This document shows, in pieces, positions 38,811 through 49,732 of a stretch of DNA of 64,000 nucleotides (the stretch's first letter is position 1; each line of letters begins with the position of its first letter). Source of the DNA: Nannocystales bacterium (lineage in GTDB: Bacteria > Myxococcota_A > Polyangia > Nannocystales > Nannocystaceae); contig JBOEGF010000063.1 in assembly GCA_050633305.1 (NCBI GenBank), positions 1 to 64,000 on the forward strand, read 5' to 3'. Made by a program: the position numbers and the translations under genes. Under the pieces are notes generated by a model that worked only from the letters and a program-made list of their open reading frames with translations, was not told the DNA's origin and did no database searches.

Positions 38811-41800
38811 ATGATCAACGCCATCGTCAACATGTCCCTGAGAAACCGCCTCGTGGTGGTGTTCTTCGTCTTGCTCGTGGGTGTTCTGGGCCTGCGCGCG
38901 ATGGAGAAGCTACCCATCGACGCGGTCCCCGATGTGACCAACGTGCAGGTCCAGGTGCTCACCAACGCACCAGCGTTGGGCCCGCTCGAGGTCGAACGAT
39001 TCGTGACCTTCCCAGTCGAGACCGTGATGAGCGGTTTGCCTGGCGTAGAGGAACTCCGCAGCGTCTCGCGCTTCGGTCTGTCAGCGGTGACCATCGTTTT
39101 TAAGGAGGGAACCGACATTTTCCGCGCTCGGCAGCTGGTGGAAGAGCGCCTGGCTGCGGCGCGCGACGCGATCCCACAGGGGTACGGAGAGCCCGAAATG
39201 GGTCCTATCTCCAGCGGCCTTGGAGAGATCTACCAGTTCGAGGTTCGTGGTGACCCTTCATGTGCCGAGGGCGAACCGGACACGGACGATTGCTGGACAG
39301 CCATGGAGTTGCGCACGCTCTTGGAGTGGCAGGTCGCGTTTCAGCTGCGGTCCGTCCCAGGGGTCGTCGAGGTGAACACCTTCGGCGGGGAACTGAAAAC
39401 CTACGAGGTCCAAGTCGAGCCCGACCGCTTGCTTGCGCTCGACATCGGGCTCGACCGTGTCTTCGACGCCCTGCGCGAGAACAACGCGAACGCTGGCGGG
39501 GCCTATATCCAGCACGCAGGGGAGCAACGACTCATCCGCGGCGTCGGACTGCTCGAGTCCATCGCTGACATCGAGTCGGTCGTCGTCGCGACGCGAGACC
39601 ACGGTACGCCGATTCTCATCCGAGACATCGCTCAGGTGCGCGTTGCGCCTCTCGTACGCCAGGGCGCCGTCACTCGGGACGGCCGAGGCGAGGTCGTGAC
39701 GGGCATCGTCATGATGCTCCTCGGGGAGAACTCCAATGAAGTCGCACGCGCCGTCGATGAAAGGATCGAAGAGATTCGGCCGTATTTGCCGGATGGGGTG
39801 ACCATCGACACCTACTACGACCGCACAGAGCTCGTGGACCGGACCATCAAGACGGTCGCCAAGAACCTCATCGAGGGCGGCGTCCTCGTCATCGTCATCC
39901 TGCTCCTGCTTTTGGGCAACATTCGGGGCGGTCTCCTGGTGGCGAGCGTGATCCCGCTCGCCATGCTCGCGACCTTCATTGGGATGCGAGCCATGGGGGT
40001 CGCGGGCAACCTGATGAGTCTCGGTGCATTGGACTTCGGGCTGATCGTGGACGGGGCGGTCGTGGTCGTTGAGAACTGTGTTCGTGTTCTCGGCCAGCGC
40101 CGCAACGAGAAGGTGCCTCGGACGATCGGGCGCGCAGCCCTCCAAGTGGGCAGGCCCGTGGCCTTCGCAGTCGGGATCATCATCATTGTCTACGTCCCGA
40201 TCTTGAGCCTCGAAGGCATCGAGGGGAAAATGTTCCGCCCGATGGCGCTCACCGTCATCTTTGCGTTGGCGGCTTCGTTGGTGCTCGCGCTGACGTACGT
40301 GCCTGCGATGGCCACGGTTTTGTTTCGCAAAGGCGCCGTTGAGAAAGAGACGTGGCTGGTCAAATCCGCACTCTGGCTCTACCTCCCGGTCCTGAGAAGG
40401 ACCATGCGGCATCCACGTCTCACGGCATTGGCCGCGGTCATTCTCTTCGGATCATCCTTGATCGTCATCCCCTTCCTGGGCGCGGAGTTCATCCCGCGCC
40501 TCGACGAAGGGTCCATCGCGATGCAGGCAATTCGGCTGCCATCGGCATCCCTCGAAGAGTCGATCGCGACGACAACCCGCATCGAGCGAGAGATGCTGGA
40601 ACACTTTCCAACCGAAGTTTCTACGGTCGTCTCACGGACGGGGCGAGCCGAGATCGCCACGGACCCCATGGGGGTGGAGATGTCGGACATCTACCTGATC
40701 CTGAAACCCACGGACGAATGGGACGCGCCAGACAAGCAGGCTCTCGTCGCCAGTATGGCTGAGATGATGAACGAGGAGTTCCCCGGACAGCGCTTCACGT
40801 TCTCTCAACCCATCGAGCTACGAACCAATGAACTCATCAGTGGTGTCCGCTCGGATGTCGCCATCAACATCTATGGGGAGGACATTCCGACCCTTGCTCG
40901 ACTTGCCGATGAGGTGGTCAAGGTCGTGTCGAGCGTTCCCGGGGCCGCGGACGTCAGCGCTGAGCAGGTTGTCGGACTCCCATTCTTGACCATCAAGGTC
41001 GACCGGGCCGCGCTGGCCCGCAACGGTGCAAACGCGAAAGACGTGCTCGACGCAGTGTCGGCCATGGGCGGCCTCGCTGTCGGGGAGGTGTTCGACGGGC
41101 AGAAGCGGTTCGCGTTGCAGGTGCGGTTCCCAGAACGGCTCAGGTCCGACCTCGAGACGATCCGCCGGATTCCGATTTCGACGTCTGGCGGCTCTGTTGT
41201 CCCGCTCGGGCAGTTGGCGAAGATCGACCTGGATGACGGACCCGCGAGTATCAGTCGAGAGAACGTGCAGCGACGCCTGGTGATCCAGGCCAACGTGCGG
41301 GGCCGTGACCTCGCGGGCTTCGTCCTCGAGGCGCAGCAGCGTGTGCTCGACGAGGTTGAACGCCCTCCGGGGTATTTGGTGACCTGGGGGGGGCAGTTCG
41401 AGAATCTACAGGCTGCGTCCGGCCGATTGGCCATCGCCGTCCCCATTGCGCTGCTCCTCATCTTCATCCTGCTCCAGGTCAACTATGGCGCGAGCCGACC
41501 GGCGCTGCTGATCTACCTCAACGTACCGATGGCGGCGACCGGCGGTCTACTGGCCCTGGCGGTCCGTGGGATGCCCTTTTCAATCTCCGCGGGGGTCGGT
41601 TTCATTGCTCTGTTCGGAATCGCCGTGCTCAACGGGGTGGTCCTGGTCTCGCACGTTCGGGACCTACAGGGTGAAGGCAAGCCGCTGGACGAGGCGTGCG
41701 CAGAGGGAGCCAGGGACCGACTCAGACCGGTCCTGATGACCGCGCTGACAGACATGCTCGGGTTCGTCCCGATGGCCATCGCCACAAGCGCCGGAGCGGA

Positions 41801-41969
41801 AGTCCAGCGGCCGCTGGCAACAGTCGTGATCGGAGGCCTCGTGACCTCGACACTGCTCACCCTTGTGGTCCTGCCGACCGTCTACGCCTGGTTGGGGGAG
41901 CGTACCAAGGAGGACGACAAGGAGGACGATCCGGGCCTGGATGCCGGTGCGCAAGCGGGTGCCGAATGA
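38811..41969 (+). CDS. czcA: Heavy-metal RND permease
   Basis: IDAVPDVTNVQVQ, NLMSLGALDFGLIVDG, GAEVQRPLATVVIGG. Confidence 0.95.
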   Translation: MINAIVNMSLRNRLVVVFFVLLVGVLGLRAMEKLPIDAVPDVTNVQVQVLTNAPALGPLEVERFVTFPVETVMSGLPGVEELRSVSRFGLSAVTIVFKEGTDIFRARQLVEERLAAARDAIPQGYGEPEMGPISSGLGEIYQFEVRGDPSCAEGEPDTDDCWTAMELRTLLEWQVAFQLRSVPGVVEVNTFGGELKTYEVQVEPDRLLALDIGLDRVFDALRENNANAGGAYIQHAGEQRLIRGVGLLESIADIESVVVATRDHGTPILIRDIAQVRVAPLVRQGAVTRDGRGEVVTGIVMMLLGENSNEVARAVDERIEEIRPYLPDGVTIDTYYDRTELVDRTIKTVAKNLIEGGVLVIVILLLLLGNIRGGLLVASVIPLAMLATFIGMRAMGVAGNLMSLGALDFGLIVDGAVVVVENCVRVLGQRRNEKVPRTIGRAALQVGRPVAFAVGIIIIVYVPILSLEGIEGKMFRPMALTVIFALAASLVLALTYVPAMATVLFRKGAVEKETWLVKSALWLYLPVLRRTMRHPRLTALAAVILFGSSLIVIPFLGAEFIPRLDEGSIAMQAIRLPSASLEESIATTTRIEREMLEHFPTEVSTVVSRTGRAEIATDPMGVEMSDIYLILKPTDEWDAPDKQALVASMAEMMNEEFPGQRFTFSQPIELRTNELISGVRSDVAINIYGEDIPTLARLADEVVKVVSSVPGAADVSAEQVVGLPFLTIKVDRAALARNGANAKDVLDAVSAMGGLAVGEVFDGQKRFALQVRFPERLRSDLETIRRIPISTSGGSVVPLGQLAKIDLDDGPASISRENVQRRLVIQANVRGRDLAGFVLEAQQRVLDEVERPPGYLVTWGGQFENLQAASGRLAIAVPIALLLIFILLQVNYGASRPALLIYLNVPMAATGGLLALAVRGMPFSISAGVGFIALFGIAVLNGVVLVSHVRDLQGEGKPLDEACAEGARDRLRPVLMTALTDMLGFVPMAIATSAGAEVQRPLATVVIGGLVTSTLLTLVVLPTVYAWLGERTKEDDKEDDPGLDAGAQAGAE

Positions 41970-44440
41970 ACCGGCATCAAGTCGATCTCGACCTCGTCCT
42001 TCCGGGCGACGCCAACGCGTGCGACGCCTGCATCGTTCGGCTTGTCGATGCTGTACAAGGCCGTCCTGGGGTGACACGTGCCCACGTTGACCTGTCCACC
42101 GCCGACAAGCCCAAGCTTTGTGTCCACTATGATCCGACCTCGGTTCGGATCGATGATCTCAGGTCGCTCGTCGCTCACACGGGTGCGAAGCTAGTCACTC
42201 GCTTTGAGCATCTGTCCGCGCCGGTGGACGGCCTCCGCCACGAGCGCCAGGCCGGCCTGGTTGAGACCGCGCTCGCGAACGAGCCCGGCGTCCTGCACGT
42301 CGCCGTCGGATTTGGAACTCGCTGGATCTCGCTGGAGTTTGACCCCCGCAAGACATCCAGACCGACTCTACTCGCGGCGGCCAAACGAGCCGGGATCGTC
42401 GTCGCAGACGAGCCGGTCACCGCCGCGTCGGCGGCGCTCGGGCGGAAGTCTGAGCGCGGGCACGGGCACGAGCACGAGCACGAGCACGGCGGACCGTTCG
42501 GCGAGCGCTCCGAGCTGGTGTTCAGCCTGGTGTGCGGGGCGCTTACGATCTCGGGCTGGGGTCTCACCACAGTGGCCGCTGTGCCTGCGTTCGCCCCGCT
42601 GCTGCTGTTCATCGCGGCCTATGCCTTCGGAGCATGGTTTACAGTCCAGGAGGTCGTCGTGGCGCTTCGCGCCCGACGGTTCGAGATCGACTTCTTGATG
42701 CTGCTGGCGGCGATCGGAGCCGCGGTCCTCGGAGAGTGGTTCGAGGGCGCGCTGTTGTTGTTCCTGTTCACGCTCGGCCACGCTCTCGAGAGCTTTGCTA
42801 TGGGTCGCGCACGCGAGGCCATCACGGCGCTCCAGGAGCTCGTGCCCGAGACCGCGATACGGATCGACCCGTCCGGCGAAGAGAAGGAGGTTCCCGTCGG
42901 CCAGCTGGTCGTGGAGGACCGGATCCTCGTCAAGCCGAATACCCGCATCCCCGCCGACGGGTTCGTTATTGCTGGGAACAGCGCCGTAGATCAGGCACCG
43001 ATCACCGGAGAGAGTATCCCTGTCGACAAACGGCCGGTACCGGACCCGCGAGTGGTCATGCTGAACGCGGGCGTGTTCCCGCCCGAGCATCGAGTCTTCG
43101 CCGGGACGATCAACGGAGGCGGGGCCCTGACCGTCGTCGTCACCAAGCCCGCCACCGAGAGCGCAATCGCTCGGGTCGTGAAGATGGTCGCCGAGGCGGA
43201 GACACACAGGTCCCCCACCCAGCAGTTCACCAAACGCTTCGAGCGAGCCTTCGTGCCGATCATTATCTCGGTGGTCGTGCTGCTTCTGTTCGCCTGGGTC
43301 GTCGTCGAGGAGCCGTGGTCTGCGAGCTTCTACCGCGCCATGGCTGTCCTGGTGGCCGCGAGCCCATGCGCGCTCGCCATCGCCACACCGAGCGCCGTGC
43401 TCTCCGCCGTCGCTCGTGCTGCTCGTGGTGGCGTACTGGTCAAGGGGGGAGCGCACCTGGAGGCTCTCGGCCTCGTGCAGGCGATTGCGTTCGACAAGAC
43501 CGGTACCCTAACGGAGGGCAAACCGAACCTCACAGATGTCGTTGCAGTCTCGCCTGCCACCGAAGCGTCGCTTCTCACCACCGCGGTGGCCGTGGAGCGG
43601 CGCTCGGACCACCCGCTGGCGGCGGCGATTGTAAACGCCGCTGCCACCCGTCTTCCAGCAGCCGCCTCCGTCCCAGACGCGACCAACGTGGAGGCTGTCG
43701 TAGGGTTCGGAGTCCGTGCGGAAGTGGATGGCACCACGGTGCTCATTGGCAAACCTGGCATGTTCACCCGGGACGATGCGCTCCCGGAGGACGTCGAGCA
43801 GGCCGCCAAGCGACTCGAATCTCATGGCCGCACCGTGATGGTCGTCAAATCGGGAGAACGATTCCTAGGGGTTCTCGGCGTCATGGACACTCCGCGGAGC
43901 AGTGCTCGCGTCGTCCTCGAGGAGCTTCACCGACTCGGAGTCGAGCAGACGATCATGCTGACGGGCGACAACCAGCGCGTGGCCGACGCAGTGGCGAAAT
44001 CCGTGGGCATCACGGTCGCCCGTGGTGACCTACTACCCGAGGAAAAAGTCGCCGCCATCTCCGAACTCGCAGGTTCCTCGAGCGGCGTAGCGATGGTCGG
44101 CGACGGAGTGAACGACGCGCCGGCCATGGCGAACGCCACCGTCGGCGTCGCGATGGGCGCTGCAGGCTCCGACGTCGCGCTCGAGACGGCCGGCATCGCA
44201 CTCATGGCAGATGACCTCCACGCTCTGCCTTTTGCGGTCGGCTTGAGCCGCGCCGCGCGGAGGATCATCCGGCAAAACCTCTGGGCGAGCCTTGGGATGG
44301 TGGCCTTTCTGGTCCCAGCCACGATCCTTGGATTCGCAGGCATCGGCGTTGCTGTCGCGTTGCACGAGGGCTCGACGTTGCTCGTCGTGGCGAACGCGTT
44401 GCGACTACTCGCCTACCGAGACCGTACGGCGATACGATGA
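41966..44440 (+). CDS. P1B-4-like heavy-metal ATPase
   Basis: SPC, DKTGT, HEGST; N-terminal CDAC and His tract; ATG overlaps czcA stop. Confidence 0.95.
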   Translation: MNRHQVDLDLVLPGDANACDACIVRLVDAVQGRPGVTRAHVDLSTADKPKLCVHYDPTSVRIDDLRSLVAHTGAKLVTRFEHLSAPVDGLRHERQAGLVETALANEPGVLHVAVGFGTRWISLEFDPRKTSRPTLLAAAKRAGIVVADEPVTAASAALGRKSERGHGHEHEHEHGGPFGERSELVFSLVCGALTISGWGLTTVAAVPAFAPLLLFIAAYAFGAWFTVQEVVVALRARRFEIDFLMLLAAIGAAVLGEWFEGALLLFLFTLGHALESFAMGRAREAITALQELVPETAIRIDPSGEEKEVPVGQLVVEDRILVKPNTRIPADGFVIAGNSAVDQAPITGESIPVDKRPVPDPRVVMLNAGVFPPEHRVFAGTINGGGALTVVVTKPATESAIARVVKMVAEAETHRSPTQQFTKRFERAFVPIIISVVVLLLFAWVVVEEPWSASFYRAMAVLVAASPCALAIATPSAVLSAVARAARGGVLVKGGAHLEALGLVQAIAFDKTGTLTEGKPNLTDVVAVSPATEASLLTTAVAVERRSDHPLAAAIVNAAATRLPAAASVPDATNVEAVVGFGVRAEVDGTTVLIGKPGMFTRDDALPEDVEQAAKRLESHGRTVMVVKSGERFLGVLGVMDTPRSSARVVLEELHRLGVEQTIMLTGDNQRVADAVAKSVGITVARGDLLPEEKVAAISELAGSSSGVAMVGDGVNDAPAMANATVGVAMGAAGSDVALETAGIALMADDLHALPFAVGLSRAARRIIRQNLWASLGMVAFLVPATILGFAGIGVAVALHEGSTLLVVANALRLLAYRDRTAIR

Positions 44441-44897
44441 CAAAGCCAGCAGATCACACGGGGGTCGATCCGCAACACAGCGAAGACGCCACGTGCTCGG
44501 AGCTCGGCGGCGCCTTGGTTCGCTTCAAGAGCTCTGAGCGGGGAGCGGGGAGCGGGGAGCGGGGGGCGGGGAGCTTGACGATATGTTGGATGCTCCCTTA
44601 GGGCCGGACTCCGTTCCAACGAACCGCATGGGACACATCGATGAGAGGAACCACATCGGTGCAAAAAAGTGGAGGAGTTCCGCGGGCGCAACGGCCTGAA
44701 CCCCTCTGTCAGAGGGTGAGCAGTGACGACTCCGGCTAGTTGATGTGTGGCCCAGCGGATTCCGCTTCGATGCTGCCTTTACGTGCCGTTGGGAATGGCC
44801 GTGCTCCCCACTCGATGGGCTGCCGCGTCGAGGCCCGATACCGCGCAATGCGCCGCCTCCTCGCCCCAGGGCCGAATCGCGTACCATCGGAGCCGCA

Positions 44898-45236
44898 GTG
44901 TCCACTCCGCACGGTACATGGTCCGTCGAGACAACGAATGACGCCTCGATCCTCGTCGAGTTCGAGGGGGCCATCACCACGCAGATGGGGGAGGACTCCG
45001 TCGAACGACTCATTGAACTTCTCGGCCGAGGGAGCGCCGCCCTGATCTTTCACGTGGTCAACGTTCGCGGCTACGACGCTGGCGCGCGGCAGGCCTGGCA
45101 AACCGCCTTGTGGCCACGACGGGATCGGATCATCTCGATCCGCATCATCTCGAACTCCGCGCTCACGCGGATGGGTGGCCGCATGTTTGCGACCTTCATG
45201 CGCATCCCCTGCACCATCGAGGCCAATGGGGCTTAG
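44898..45236 (+). CDS. Hypothetical STAS/SEC14-like small protein
   Basis: VEFEGAIT, RGYDAGARQAW, SNSALTRMG pattern; GGAG RBS. Confidence 0.55.
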   Translation: MSTPHGTWSVETTNDASILVEFEGAITTQMGEDSVERLIELLGRGSAALIFHVVNVRGYDAGARQAWQTALWPRRDRIISIRIISNSALTRMGGRMFATFMRIPCTIEANGA

Positions 45237-46410
45237 GAGAGCCCACGGGCCGCGGCGAGGTTCCAAACGGCCCTTGGGGTAGATGTCGTGCTCACCCGGC
45301 AGCCGCGCGGCGAAGCTCGCTGCTTCTGAGGAGAGATAGGGACTTTGTGGCTCGGGTCTTGAAGCAGCCTCAACCGTCGATCCGGGGACGACGCGGCATA
45401 CTCAGGAAGATCGCCCGCCGACTGCCCGATGGTGCAGCACGTGTGACGGTCAGCTCGCCCGCCACACGTGCTGCACGAGACGATGGGACGTGCGCGCTCG
45501 TTGCCTGGGAGCCCGTGAACCACGGGTTCCGATGACCGCGGGTTCAGTCAACGAGGGCAGATTGTCGAGCGCCCCGTCTGGTCGCCAACTTCAAGCGCAC
45601 CAGACCCGGAATCTCGCGCCACGAGATGTAAGACACGCCTTCTCCCAGTGGTGGCCGCAAATTGCGGCGAACACGCCAACTGCACGCACACAAGCATGCG
45701 CTCCACTTGGTTCCGAGTCGGTCCTTCCGAGTCGCGAAACCTCCGAAGGAGCTCTTTCTGGGCCTCGTCCTCGTCTCTCACCGCCTACTGTAGTTCGCTG
45801 AAGGGCGACTCCATCTATCTCCCCCGCCCTACGACCTCAGCAGGGCCAAGATTTCGCTCATTGGCTACGCACAGGGGCTCCCAGCCTTCCCGATCACCAG
45901 CAGCCTGGTCACCAGGGGAGCAACGCAAGGATGGTGCGGGTCTACGCCGTCGCGAAGGACTGCATCAACGCACCGATCCAGCTGAAGAACGTCGGCGACA
46001 GCCCCATGCTGGCGCCCGAGATGTTCCATCAGCTGACCTGCAGCCACGCCGACCAGATGCGACTGACCGCGTCACAGGCCAGTCCTCAGGACCGCGATGT
46101 GCAGGACGTCATGTCTGCGCTCGTGGCACTCGCCGACGAGTCCGCGATTCGCAGGCCGTCGTCATTCCCGCGAACCCGCGGAATCAGCGGCTCCGGCGTC
46201 ACGGTCCCTGGAAAGTCCAAAGGCGCCGAAAAGCCCACGGACGGTCTGGCAGGGCGCACCAGCCTGCCAGAGAGGATTGGAGCCGAGACTAGAGACGCAG
46301 GAGTCGAGGCCTCGTGCTAGCCGGGCAAGCCGACTCCCCGTTGCCATCGCGGAGCCGAAAGCAGCACAACCGCGTCGCTCCTGCCCGCGTGCCGCCGTGG
46401 CGCTCTCGCT

Positions 46411-48576
46411 TCACTCGACCACCTTGATCGCGACCGGCGTGCCGTTGAACACGGGCATCGCACAAAACGGGTCTCGGACCGCATCATCGTGCAGCCGGTT
46501 GACGTTGACGCCTGGGTACTTGTTGGCCGTCGTCATTCCCGAGTCGTAGGTGTGGCCCCAGTGCTGATGCACGGCTACGACACCGGGCGCGATCTTTGGA
46601 CACAGGCGCGCTTCGACCTCGATCTCGCCGATCGCGGAGCGGATCTTGATCCGAGAGCCATCGTCAATGCCTAGCCGCGCACCGTCGGCGTCGTTGACTG
46701 TGGCCCAGTTGCCCCCGAGCTTCTCGACCAGCTCCGGAATGTTGTGGGTCCAGGAGTTGAAGCTCTGGCTGCGCCGCGCCCCGGAGATCAGCAGGAAAGG
46801 CAGCTCGGTCGTCGGCAGCGGCGGATCGTGTAAGGCCGGGCCAAGCTCGCCGAGAAGGGCCTCGGGCGCGAGGTGGATCTTTCGGTCTTGCGTGTAGATG
46901 CGCTCGGTGAAGAACGTCCCGAACTGCATTGGCTTGCCGGGCAGTCCCCGCGGGTGTTTGGCGAGTTCTCCATACGACGGCGTCTTGCCCAGAAGCAGGT
47001 ACCGGTTGAGCATCGTGGGCGAGAATCCGACCCCCACGGCATCCAGCATCCGTGCCACACGATCAACGGTCGGATTGTTGAGGAACGGCACCCCCGCCGC
47101 GCGCGACAAGTCCTTGAAGATGTCCCACTCCCCCCGAGCCTCGCCCGGAGGCTCGACCAGCTTGGGTCGGAGCTCCGCGTACGGCTGCTGGTCAAACTGA
47201 TTGACCAGAAAATGGAACCCCCCGGTCTCAAACTGCGTCGCGGCGGGCAGCACCCAGTCTGCGAAGCTCGCCGTGTCGTTCAGAAAGATATCGACCGACA
47301 CGAGCAGCTCGAGTTTTTCGAGAGCCGCCTCGATCTTCGCAGTATTCGGGAAGCTGATCACGGGGTTGCCCGCGATGACGACGAGCGCACGCACCTGGCC
47401 ATCCCCGGGCGTGAGAATCTCGTCGGGCAGGACGGTGCATGGCAGCCCTCCGAAGACATGCGGGTAGTTGCCGATCCGCGATGGCGACGTGTTCTTGCGC
47501 TTGGTGAACTTCTCGATCAGTGCCGAAACGTCAAGCACACCGGGGTTGTGGTAGAGGCCGCCGGGTCGGTCTATGTTGCCCGTGATCGCGCACAGGGTCG
47601 CGACCGCCCACTCGGTCAGCACGGTGTTGTGGCTCGTCTGTACGCCGACGCGCGTCGACACATAGGCGCCGTCGGCAGCCGCAAACTGACGAGCAATTTC
47701 CCGCGTCGTGCTCGCCGGGACGGTGGTGATCTCCTCCGCACGCTCGGGCGTCATTACAGACGCCAACCCCTTCCAGATCTCGAACCCAGTCGTATGCTCG
47801 GCGAGGAACGACTCGTCGTAGAGCCCCTCGTCGACGATCGTCCGGATCAACGCGAGCAAGAAATACAGGTCCGTCCCAGGACGGATCGCCACGTGCCAGT
47901 CGGCGAGCGCGGCGGTCTGAGTTCGGCGCGGGTCGACGACGACCAGCTTGCCCCCCGCCGCCTTTGACTTCTTGAGATCGGCGCCGACGTGCGGACGACG
48001 TTGAAGCAGTGTGAGCCCCTGCGTGACCATCGGGTTGGTGCCGAGCAAGATCGCAAACTTCGCCGCGACGACGTCCGGCTGCAGGACAAGGTTCTCGTTG
48101 CCGTACAGCTCGTGCGCGACTACGCCGCGATCGGTGTACTCCAGCGAAAGCACGTTGTAGCTGTTGGGTGATCCGAACGCGTGGCAAAAGGTGTTGGCCA
48201 TCGTGATCGCAACGGAGTCGGCCGCGTTTCCCCAGTACGTCGAGATCGAGCGGGGACCGTGCTGGTCGGCGAGCGCGCGCAACTTGCCTCCGATCGCCTC
48301 GCTGGCCTCGCGCCACGTCGCGGGCACCCACCGATCTCCGTCCCGCCGCATGGGCTGCGTGAGTCGGTCGGGCGAGTTTTGGTAGCCCAACAGCTTCAGC
48401 CCCTTGATGCATGCGTAGCCCTGCGACAGCGGGTGCTCCTTGTCGGGTCGGACCGCCACCATCTTTCCGCCGGGCTCGCTGTCGTCGATGTCGACCTCGA
48501 TCCCACAGCAGGGCTCGCACGCGCCGACCTTGCACAGCGTTTGGACGGTCCGGAGTTTATTTGCTCTGCGTGGCAT
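46411..48576 (-). CDS. Molybdopterin-dependent oxidoreductase, catalytic subunit
   Basis: N-terminal Fe-S Cys cluster, VVVDPRRT, IRPGTD, ADWVLPA, HWGH, VNVNRL. Confidence 0.93.
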   Translation of the reverse strand: MPRRANKLRTVQTLCKVGACEPCCGIEVDIDDSEPGGKMVAVRPDKEHPLSQGYACIKGLKLLGYQNSPDRLTQPMRRDGDRWVPATWREASEAIGGKLRALADQHGPRSISTYWGNAADSVAITMANTFCHAFGSPNSYNVLSLEYTDRGVVAHELYGNENLVLQPDVVAAKFAILLGTNPMVTQGLTLLQRRPHVGADLKKSKAAGGKLVVVDPRRTQTAALADWHVAIRPGTDLYFLLALIRTIVDEGLYDESFLAEHTTGFEIWKGLASVMTPERAEEITTVPASTTREIARQFAAADGAYVSTRVGVQTSHNTVLTEWAVATLCAITGNIDRPGGLYHNPGVLDVSALIEKFTKRKNTSPSRIGNYPHVFGGLPCTVLPDEILTPGDGQVRALVVIAGNPVISFPNTAKIEAALEKLELLVSVDIFLNDTASFADWVLPAATQFETGGFHFLVNQFDQQPYAELRPKLVEPPGEARGEWDIFKDLSRAAGVPFLNNPTVDRVARMLDAVGVGFSPTMLNRYLLLGKTPSYGELAKHPRGLPGKPMQFGTFFTERIYTQDRKIHLAPEALLGELGPALHDPPLPTTELPFLLISGARRSQSFNSWTHNIPELVEKLGGNWATVNDADGARLGIDDGSRIKIRSAIGEIEVEARLCPKIAPGVVAVHQHWGHTYDSGMTTANKYPGVNVNRLHDDAVRDPFCAMPVFNGTPVAIKVVE

Positions 48577-48659
48577 GTCTGCTGCTCCGCGGCATCGTGA
48601 GCCACCGGGTGGGTTCAGCGTGCCGCTGCGCGCCGGCGGTGTCTTGAACGAACGAGCAA

Positions 48660-49448
48660 TTACGGGACCTCGGATGCGACCCACTGCGCGACGGCCATGA
48701 TCTCGGACGGCGCGATCCCGAACATCTGACGAAATGTTCGGGTCAGGTGTGCGCCATCGGAAAAACCGGCCTCGGCTGCGGCGGCCGCGAGGTTCGACCC
48801 AGCCTGCAGTGGCCCCGTTGCGGCACGCATCCGGCACCAGCGAACGTAGCGGCGTAGCGGAACCCCGACATCAGAGGCGAAGAGTTGTGCCAACCGGCTT
48901 GTGGAGATCCCGGCTGCGCTCGCGACCGCGTCCGCCCGAACGTCGTACGCGAGGTTGGCGTCAATGTAGCGACGCGCTCGGAGTACGGCGGGGTGCACGA
49001 CTCGGCGGAGGGTGCCCGACGCCCCGGCCGCGTCGCAGGCCGCGAGGGTGTCGCTGATCGTCTGGACCAGGTGTCGAGCCTCGTCCCAGGTCTTGGGCAA
49101 TGACCCGGGAATGCAGGCCCGCAGCGAGGCCCCACGTTCGATCCAGCGCTGCGGGGTGTCTAGCGAGCACACGCTGTGAGTCTGCCGACCGAGCCGCTCG
49201 TCGGGGTCGACGTACAACAACACCGCGGACGGAGAGCCTCGTACGATCGAGTGGTCGACATCGGGTCCGATCACGGCCGCGGTCCCGCACGCCGAGGGCG
49301 TCCCATCGCCCTTGCTCACCGTGATCGACCCCTCGAGCGAGAGCACCACTTGCAGCGCGTGGTGCCGGTGCGGCTGCGTCGGCCCGAGGGCACCGGCGTA
49401 CAGCAAGCTGTCTTGCTGGAAGAAGAGCTTGCCGAGCCAGTCGCCCAT
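48660..49448 (-). CDS. AraC-family transcriptional regulator
   Basis: Cupin HRHHALQ; AGFSDGAHLTRTFRQMFGIAP. Confidence 0.93.
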   Translation of the reverse strand: MGDWLGKLFFQQDSLLYAGALGPTQPHRHHALQVVLSLEGSITVSKGDGTPSACGTAAVIGPDVDHSIVRGSPSAVLLYVDPDERLGRQTHSVCSLDTPQRWIERGASLRACIPGSLPKTWDEARHLVQTISDTLAACDAAGASGTLRRVVHPAVLRARRYIDANLAYDVRADAVASAAGISTSRLAQLFASDVGVPLRRYVRWCRMRAATGPLQAGSNLAAAAAEAGFSDGAHLTRTFRQMFGIAPSEIMAVAQWVASEVP

Positions 49449-49732
49449 AGGAGCATCGTACCAATGCAGACCCAGCGACTCCGCGTGGCAGTAGAACGGC
49501 GGCCGGCCGGACGACGACGGCAAGCAAAGATGTCAGAGTGTCCCGCTCGGTCACAGCCGAACCGCGATGTGGACGATCACCCACGGCAGTCGTGTCGTGC
49601 AGTCCCGCGCCTGGTGACGATCGACGACCGGCCCGGCTGTGGTATCTGAGTCTTGGCCCACGCCCGGTTCATCCCGCCCCCCCGCTTTCACTCGGTCTAG
49701 GCCAAGAACGCTGATAACACCATCGGGTCCTC

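Noticed and set aside
44536..44575. GAGCGGG tandem repeat as a regulatory or G-quadruplex element
   Set aside because: Short intergenic microsatellite in GC-rich DNA; no supporting evidence.
45548..46320. Short ORFs 45548..45781 and 45931..46320
   Set aside because: Only weak resemblance to an anti-sigma N terminus or to nothing; likely fragments.
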